Part shown: positions 43,459 through 48,922 of the stretch, in pieces
How positions within the stretch are numbered: the stretch's first letter is position 1
How the letters are laid out: each line of letters opens with the position of its first letter
Virus record (IMG/VR): IMGVR_UViG_3300042822_000036
Coordinates: 1-48,922 of that record
Source: a virus
Lineage: Duplodnaviria; Caudoviricetes
Length of the DNA stretch: 48,922 nt
Direction: 5' to 3' (one strand)
Made by a program: the position numbers and the translations under genes
Notes under the pieces: generated by a model
Seen by the model: only the letters and a program-made list of their open reading frames with translations
What the model was told of the DNA's origin: nothing
The model's database searches: none

Positions 43459-45170
43459 GCCGGCACCTCGCGTTCGGGCGTGACCCACACCGCGCCATCG
43501 GGCCGCATCAGCATTGTGGCCTCGGCCTCCTCGACCAGCGCGATCAGCATCTGCTCGGCGATCGCGCGGGCAGCCGGCGGCGGAACCGCGTTGCCGATGC
43601 GCTCGCGCCATGCGGTCGACGACTTGCCGGCGAGCTCGAGCGGTTTGCCATCGACCTCGGTGGGTAAGCCCTGCAGTGCGGCGAGTTCCAGCGTTGTGAG
43701 CGGGCGGTGCCATGTGCCGTCGGCGGCGATGATCACCGGCACCACCGGCGGCGGCTTGCGCAAGTCCTCGATGATCATGACGGGGCGGTCCTCGGGCAGC
43801 CGCGGATCGGCGACCGCCCAGGCCCCGTTGTCGACACCCGCAACGCCCGTGACCGTCTTCGCCGCCTCGGTCCATGCGATCACGCCATAGGCGCCTTTTC
43901 GCGGCTCGCTCGGCACGCGAACGTCGGCGACAGAGTAGGCGCCCGTGCCGGGGTGCGCCTTGCCGTGCACTACGAAGCTCGGTTCGTCCCAGCGCAGGAT
44001 GCGATAGCCGTGGTCGTAGGCCACACGCACGCGTGGGTCGGCCACCGCGAACGTGCCGCCAGCCGGCACTGCATTGCCCGTCACCGTCCCGAGCGGCTCA
44101 GTCCACGGTTTCACGCCGAGCGCTCCGCCACCGAACGTGTCGCGGTAGCCGATGCGCGGATCGGCGACTGCTGGCGCGCCTGAACCGGGTCGGCTCGCTC
44201 CGATCACGGTGGACGCAGGCTCGTCCCAGGCGCCGACGCTGTACTTGTTCCAGTGGGCGCCCTGATTGCCCTGCTGCGGCACGACGCGCGGGTCGGCCAC
44301 GTTGGCCACACCATTGCTGCCGCTGCCTGCAACCGCGCCGGTTGGCTCTGTCCAGTCTTCGACCGCGTGGCGTCTGTGCACTGCGCGACGCTCGAGGTCG
44401 CCGAGCACGCCGGGCAGGTCGCGCCAATCGCCGCCGGCTGGGATGAGCGCGAGTCGAACCCAGTTGAGCCACGAGATCCTCGGCATGACGTGGAGCACGC
44501 CGCCGGCGGGGTCGTTCGGCATTGGAAGCTTCTCAAGAACTTCACCGCATGCACGCACGCGACGCTTGGGCGGCTGGTAGAGCAGCGGCGATATCCTCGA
44601 CGGCAGCCGCGCCACCAGCAGGAACCGGCGACGACGCTGCGCGAGGCCTCCGAGCTCGCCGCAGTCGTGGGACTGCTCGTGAAAAACATAGCCCGCGCGC
44701 CGCAGGAGCTTGCGGACCTTGCGCAACAAGTGCCGGCCACGGCTCGCGATGCGCGGCACGTTCTCAACCAGCACCAGGCCCGGCGGGCGATCAGCCCATG
44801 CCTCGAGCATGATCGTCGTCCAATGTAGTACGAGCCGGTTCAGCGCTCGGTACTTCGGCGCTCGCGAAACCGCCCGGCCGAGCAAGCCGCTGAACCCTTT
44901 GCACGGTGGCGAGAGGAATACGCAGTCCGGCGCGACGGAGCAGAACGCAAGGAGGTTGTCAGCTCTCATCGCAGCAATATCGGCGACGAGGCACGGCGAC
45001 TTGGTCAGACGCTCGAAGTCCTGCGCTGCGAGCGGATCGGAGTCGATGCCGCCGAGCGATCGAAACAGGCCGCGCCGCCCGAGCAAGCGAGCCTCAGCCT
45101 GCTGGAATCCAAGCGCGCCACCACCGATGCCGCAGAAGGGGAACAGCGCCGTGAAGGTACAGTCGGTCAT
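43455..45170 (-). CDS. DNA (cytosine-5)-methyltransferase with repeated variable region
   Basis: Motif I FCGIGG, IV SPPCKGFS, VI ENV, VIII QRRRR, IX-X RPLTTLELAALQ...IGNAVPP. Confidence 0.9.
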   Translation of the reverse strand: MTDCTFTALFPFCGIGGGALGFQQAEARLLGRRGLFRSLGGIDSDPLAAQDFERLTKSPCLVADIAAMRADNLLAFCSVAPDCVFLSPPCKGFSGLLGRAVSRAPKYRALNRLVLHWTTIMLEAWADRPPGLVLVENVPRIASRGRHLLRKVRKLLRRAGYVFHEQSHDCGELGGLAQRRRRFLLVARLPSRISPLLYQPPKRRVRACGEVLEKLPMPNDPAGGVLHVMPRISWLNWVRLALIPAGGDWRDLPGVLGDLERRAVHRRHAVEDWTEPTGAVAGSGSNGVANVADPRVVPQQGNQGAHWNKYSVGAWDEPASTVIGASRPGSGAPAVADPRIGYRDTFGGGALGVKPWTEPLGTVTGNAVPAGGTFAVADPRVRVAYDHGYRILRWDEPSFVVHGKAHPGTGAYSVADVRVPSEPRKGAYGVIAWTEAAKTVTGVAGVDNGAWAVADPRLPEDRPVMIIEDLRKPPPVVPVIIAADGTWHRPLTTLELAALQGLPTEVDGKPLELAGKSSTAWRERIGNAVPPPAARAIAEQMLIALVEEAEATMLMRPDGAVWVTPEREVPA

Positions 45171-45382
45171 GCAGCCGACTCCTTCTTCGCCCGCTTCCGC
45201 TCGAACCAGCAGTCGGTGCAGAGCTCGCCCCTGGCGTCGTACTCGTCGGAGTCGCCACCCGCGCACGCGGGCTTGACTGCCCGGCAGGCAGCGCACTTGA
45301 ACAGCGCGCACTCATCGCCGTGCTCGGCCTTACGCACGCAGGCGCGGTCCTTTGCGTACGGGCAGTGAACAGGGTCGGTCAC
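45167..45382 (-). CDS. small Cys-rich protein
   Basis: Multiple Cys pairs; coupled on both sides. Confidence 0.55.
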   Translation of the reverse strand: MTDPVHCPYAKDRACVRKAEHGDECALFKCAACRAVKPACAGGDSDEYDARGELCTDCWFERKRAKKESAA

Positions 45383-45783
45383 GGAGCCTCGCCCTCCACG
45401 GTCGTGCCGACCCGTTGCAAGAAGTCACGGCCGCGCACCGCCGCCACTTCGGCGCTGGTTGCTTCGGCAGCCACCGCAGCCTCCGGCTCGGCCGACATCT
45501 GGCGCGCTTGCGGCCCGGCTGGTGCTGCCGCCATGGCCGCGAAGTTCTGCACGGCCTGGTCGACGAGGCACGCGATCACGTGCGGGCCGTGCTGCCCAGC
45601 GAGGCGCTCGAGCTCGGCGGTTGGGTCCGTAGTGCGATCGAGCAGCACGGCCTGCACCGAGCCGAACAGCTCGTCCTTCGGGATGGCCGCGCACTGCGCG
45701 ACTGCCGGCCAGTCGACACGTGGTGGGCTGCTACCGCCGCAGCTCATGAGCAGTACGAAACAGACGGTGGTGATCGTTCGCAT
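45379..45783 (-). CDS. lipoprotein
   Basis: MRTITTVCFVLLMS-CGG lipobox-like signal. Confidence 0.65.
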   Translation of the reverse strand: MRTITTVCFVLLMSCGGSSPPRVDWPAVAQCAAIPKDELFGSVQAVLLDRTTDPTAELERLAGQHGPHVIACLVDQAVQNFAAMAAAPAGPQARQMSAEPEAAVAAEATSAEVAAVRGRDFLQRVGTTVEGEAP

Positions 45784-45787
45784 GGTT

Positions 45788-46117
45788 CTAGCCTTTCAAT
45801 CGTGCAGTGGTGACCACATCGACATCGACACCACATGGCTCCCATTCCTCGCGCCGCGCAGTCGCATCGAGCCCGCAGAAGTCGCAGCGCGACCAGTTGA
45901 TCTCGGCACCACAGCTCCAGCAGCGGCGGTTGATGCCCGCAGCTTGTGAGGGTTTTCTTAGCGCTGCCGCAACGCGCTTCATCGATGCATGGTGATGAGC
46001 GCAGCGCACGTGCACGCCGTCATTGGGCGCGCTGCAATCGATGCACTGACCACGTGCTTTCTGACGTGCGCGATACTCCCGGCTGTACTCGGTACTGGTC
46101 TTGCGCATTGCGCTCAC
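45788..46117 (-). CDS. hypothetical Zn-finger protein
   Basis: GQCIDC...RCAHH, CWSC, CDFC. Confidence 0.55.
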   Translation of the reverse strand: MSAMRKTSTEYSREYRARQKARGQCIDCSAPNDGVHVRCAHHHASMKRVAAALRKPSQAAGINRRCWSCGAEINWSRCDFCGLDATARREEWEPCGVDVDVVTTARLKG

Positions 46118-46120
46118 CCT

Positions 46121-46828
46121 CTAGCCTTTCGTTCTCGCTCGGCCCTTCGGCGGCATCCCGGTCCACGCCCGCAGTGACCGCTCGCTGGCGCGCTTGCCGA
46201 TGAGCTTGCCGACGAGCGCTGCTCTCGATGCCCAGTGCTGCATGCAGATGGCGGGCGCCTCGTCCTCGCCAACGTCTTCGCGGCCGACGATGCCGCGTGC
46301 CATGGCCTGCTCGACCGGTCGCACTTCGTCACGCTTGGCGTGCGCCCAGTTCGTCCCGAGCACCGGCCCGCGCCATTGCTTGGGCTGGCAGCGGCCCATG
46401 CGGGTACGCGCCTGGCCAGCTGCTCGCCAGGCCGCTCGCCAGCGCTCGCACGCGATCGCGCAGCCGACGGTGGCGTTGACCCGGCCGCCCCACATGAACT
46501 CGAGCACGATCACCACCGGCAGGCTGTGGATTTTGCCGAACTCGACCGCGCTCTCACAAACCCGGGCGCTCAGGTGCGGGCTGCGCTCGGTGTCGTGCTC
46601 ACCAGACATAACAATCTTGCCACGCACGCCGATCGCCCAGCCGCTCATGCGGGCGGCGTCGACCGTGACGATGACCGCTTCCCAGGGCTTGGGTGCGGGC
46701 ACAGGTCGTGTTCGAGCTTTCGCGCGCGGAACGCAGAGGGCGCGAGCTGCGGATGAGACAGGACCCGGCTTCGGGCCACTGTCCATGCCGGGCAGCGTCA
46801 GCGCGACTGCTGCGCGGCGCCTGCTCAT
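46121..46828 (-). CDS. RuvC-like Holliday junction resolvase
   Basis: IVTVDAARMSGWAI, VVIVLE, PKQWR, EDEAPAI: RNase H/RuvC-type acidic layout; last motif atypical. Confidence 0.6.
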   Translation of the reverse strand: MSRRRAAVALTLPGMDSGPKPGPVSSAARALCVPRAKARTRPVPAPKPWEAVIVTVDAARMSGWAIGVRGKIVMSGEHDTERSPHLSARVCESAVEFGKIHSLPVVIVLEFMWGGRVNATVGCAIACERWRAAWRAAGQARTRMGRCQPKQWRGPVLGTNWAHAKRDEVRPVEQAMARGIVGREDVGEDEAPAICMQHWASRAALVGKLIGKRASERSLRAWTGMPPKGRARTKG

Positions 46829-47028
46829 AGCTGCCCTCGCTTCGGCTGCGGCTCGAGTTTTGTCGGTAGCCGCGCACTTTCGACGACCCGCACCCGCCAG
46901 CCGTTCGGCGCGATCGTGTACGTGCCCCACCGTTGGCAACGCCGGCACACCCAGCGCTCACCGCTCGCGTCGACCTCGAGGTCGCGGTCGCACTCGAGGC
47001 ACCACTCGGGCTCGGGTTCATCCGGCAT
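46825..47028 (-). CDS. small Zn-ribbon protein
   Basis: CLEC...CRRC. Confidence 0.5.
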   Translation of the reverse strand: MPDEPEPEWCLECDRDLEVDASGERWVCRRCQRWGTYTIAPNGWRVRVVESARLPTKLEPQPKRGQL

Positions 47029-47290
47029 CGCGAGCCTCCCCCCATACACGCCGTCGGAGTTCGCGGACTTGGCGCTCTACCATGGCCGACTTCGGCTCGA
47101 GCCATGTCCCGCGGTTCACGTTCAGAGCGCCGCAATCTGGGCACCACCACAATCGGCAGCCCTTGTGCATAACGCCGTGGAAGTCGGTGGCGTGCGCGCT
47201 GCTCGCTACACAGCACTCGCGTGCATGCAGGCATTGCACCTTGGCTCGCACGCCGCGTCTCCCGCCTCGTGTTGGGACTGCCTTACGCAC
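47018..47290 (-). CDS. hypothetical protein
   Basis: WWCPDCGAL motif; probable GTG start. Confidence 0.45.
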   Translation of the reverse strand: MRKAVPTRGGRRGVRAKVQCLHARECCVASSAHATDFHGVMHKGCRLWWCPDCGALNVNRGTWLEPKSAMVERQVRELRRRVWGEARDAG

Positions 47291-47579
47291 GCTCGGCCTC
47301 CTCGCGCATGACGCGCACGCAGGCTTTCGCTTGCTCGAGCGGGGAGAGCCCGATCGCATTGCCAAGGCGGAGCAGCAGTTCTTCCAGGCGATCGCGACGC
47401 CCTGGTCGTGGGCCGACTCGCGCCCGACGTCGCACCGCCTTGCTCCACCGCTCGCGCAGCTGCTCGAGCTCGGCGGCAAGTTCGCCTTCGCCGGCGGCGG
47501 CAAGTTCCGCGATCGCCACGTGCATGAGCGTCTGCGGCAGCTCGCCAGTTTGCGCGACGAAGTTTTTGTGAGTGGTCAT
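47283..47579 (-). CDS. hypothetical protein
   Basis: Start MTTHKNF with GGGG SD-like sequence. Confidence 0.5.
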   Translation of the reverse strand: MTTHKNFVAQTGELPQTLMHVAIAELAAAGEGELAAELEQLRERWSKAVRRRARVGPRPGRRDRLEELLLRLGNAIGLSPLEQAKACVRVMREEAERA

Positions 47580-47611
47580 TGTGCGATCCCCCATCGCCGT
47601 TCAGGTGTCCG

Positions 47612-47845
47612 TCATGCCTTCCGCCAGGTGATGGCCGTGACTTCCGACCAGCGGATGTATCCAACCGTGTCGCCGTGCTCAGTTCCCTCGATGAGCGTCC
47701 AGGCAACGTCCGCCACATCGCCGGTGACGCTGCGCGTGAGTACCGGCTCGGTGGCAGACAACACGTGCAGAAGCGCGCCGCTGAGCGAGATGCGCACCCT
47801 GTACCCCTCGATACCGGACTCGGCAGCCTTCTTAGCCTTGGCCAC
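47612..47845 (-). CDS. hypothetical protein
   Basis: GTG start with GGAGGG SD; GDTVGYIRWSEVTAITWR. Confidence 0.55.
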   Translation of the reverse strand: MAKAKKAAESGIEGYRVRISLSGALLHVLSATEPVLTRSVTGDVADVAWTLIEGTEHGDTVGYIRWSEVTAITWRKA

Positions 47846-47925
47846 ATTGCCCTCCGGTACTGTGAAGTTTTGTGAAGGTGAGTTTCCTGTGAAACACCCA
47901 CCCGTCCCGAACGCGTAGTTTCTCC

Positions 47926-48250
47926 GGACGAGTGGTCAGCTGTTCGCAGACCAAACCACTCGTCCCAAGCCCCCGCGGCTGTCGGGACGCGACCACTCGT
48001 CCCAACCACGCGTCCCGCTTGTTTTGAACGCCTCGAAACCAAGGGCACTCGTCCCGTGTTTCAAAACCAAAACCACTCGTCCCGAGCCAAATGTCCGAAC
48101 CTCTCTTTTCTGAAAGAAAAGAGAGGGAGTGTTCGGCCAGAGACATTCCGAGCTTGGGACGAGTCGGGACGAGTCGGGACGAGTGCTTTTTTCGAACTCG
48201 TTTGGACACTCGTCCGAGCAACTTCGGACGCGTCGGGACGAGTCGGGACG
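47926..48250. repeat. iteron-like repeat array around an A/T-rich palindrome (putative replication origin)
   Basis: About a dozen (C)ACTCGTCC(C)-type copies in both orientations flanking CCTCTCTTTTCT-GAA-AGAAAAGAGAGG (48100-48126). Confidence 0.7.
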
Positions 48251-48256
48251 CATGAG

Positions 48257-48922
48257 TCATGACGCTCCCCCTTCACCCGTGCGATACGACTGAGTGCGTC
48301 CGTTTTGGCCGCTGTGTAACACCACGAGCCGGCCCTGCTCGACGAGCACCCGGAGTACCCGGTTGACGTCGCCCGCACGTATCCCGGCATGTGTGCGCAA
48401 GAAGTCTTGCGAGCACCCTTGATTCGCGCGCACGACTTCGAGCAGCGTTTCAGCGTTCCGCTCGAACTTCTCAGCCGGTTTGGGCGCTTCGTGTACCACC
48501 AGCTCGGTATGTGAGACACGAACGCCCGTGGGCGATCCAGCCTCGTCGAGTACATCCTCGATGCGCAACCCGAAGTCGTCCACACCCTGCGCTTCGGCGT
48601 CGGCCGGCGGCTTGGCTTGCTGCACCAAGCGCGGCTCCTCCTTGCGCTTGGGGTTGGTTACGACCAGCACGCACCCGGCAGCGTCAAAGAGCGCGCTGCT
48701 GCCCCGCAGCATCATGCGAGCGTCCGTCTGCCCTTCCTTGGGCTTGCCGGCATGATGCAGCAGCAGCACGGTTGCCCCCGTCCGTTCACTCACCTGCGTG
48801 AGCACATCCACGAACGATCGGATCCCCGACGCGTTCTCATCCTCGCCGGGCAACGCACCGCGCAGCGAGTCGATTACCACTAGACTCGCGCCCTCGCAGG
48901 CCTTCGCGTACACATCGAGCGC
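48257..48922 (-). CDS. RecA-fold helicase, C-terminal part (joins 501-1)
   Basis: ALDVYAKACEGASLVVIDSL (Walker B), DEN, LLLHHAGK, RGSSAL motifs of AAA_25/RepA-like helicases; C-terminal wHTH-like segment. Confidence 0.85.
   Translation of the reverse strand, partial: ALDVYAKACEGASLVVIDSLRGALPGEDENASGIRSFVDVLTQVSERTGATVLLLHHAGKPKEGQTDARMMLRGSSALFDAAGCVLVVTNPKRKEEPRLVQQAKPPADAEAQGVDDFGLRIEDVLDEAGSPTGVRVSHTELVVHEAPKPAEKFERNAETLLEVVRANQGCSQDFLRTHAGIRAGDVNRVLRVLVEQGRLVVLHSGQNGRTQSYRTGEGGAS

Noticed and set aside
46194-47918. 574-aa plus-strand ORF
   Set aside because: Low-complexity Arg/Ala/Pro/Ser translation opposite several coupled minus-strand genes.
47926-48250. Mini-CRISPR array
   Set aside because: Units are only about 10 bp, occur in both orientations and are irregularly spaced; no cas operon.
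47832-48260. 142-aa ORF with SRLVPTRP repeats
   Set aside because: Its repeats are the translation of the iteron array. It does overlap the helicase stop, so translation cannot be excluded, but it is not called.

Overview
The window is best read as the complete, circularly permuted genome (~48.9 kb, GC-rich) of a temperate contractile-tailed phage in its excised form. The first and last 6 nt are identical (GAGCGC), and a helicase ORF reads in frame across the join. Layout: leftward cro/HTH-nuclease-primase-helicase operon; cI-like repressor; rightward early operon (Cas4-like exonuclease, Sak4-like ATPase, SSB, J-domain protein, putative xis, tyrosine integrase); attP matching the 3' half of tRNA-Arg(CCU); a moron island of lipoprotein and membrane genes; then on the minus strand lysis, tail, baseplate, head and terminase genes, many small early/middle genes, a C5 DNA methyltransferase, a RuvC-like resolvase and an iteron-like origin. 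The most notable candidate system is a MuF (SPP1 gp7-like) head protein fused through a tandem-repeat linker to an intact-looking PI3K/PI4K/HipA-like kinase domain. It is followed by a translationally coupled small ORF (candidate immunity protein) and flanked by a BrnT/BrnA-like TA pair. Other highlights: a small ORF resembling the repressor C-terminal domain without the HTH (SinI/SinR-like antirepressor candidate), a conserved putative late promoter in three copies, and a methyltransferase with five tandem TRD-like repeats. A Myxococcota-type host is only an inference. All family assignments come from reading motifs by eye; no searches were run.
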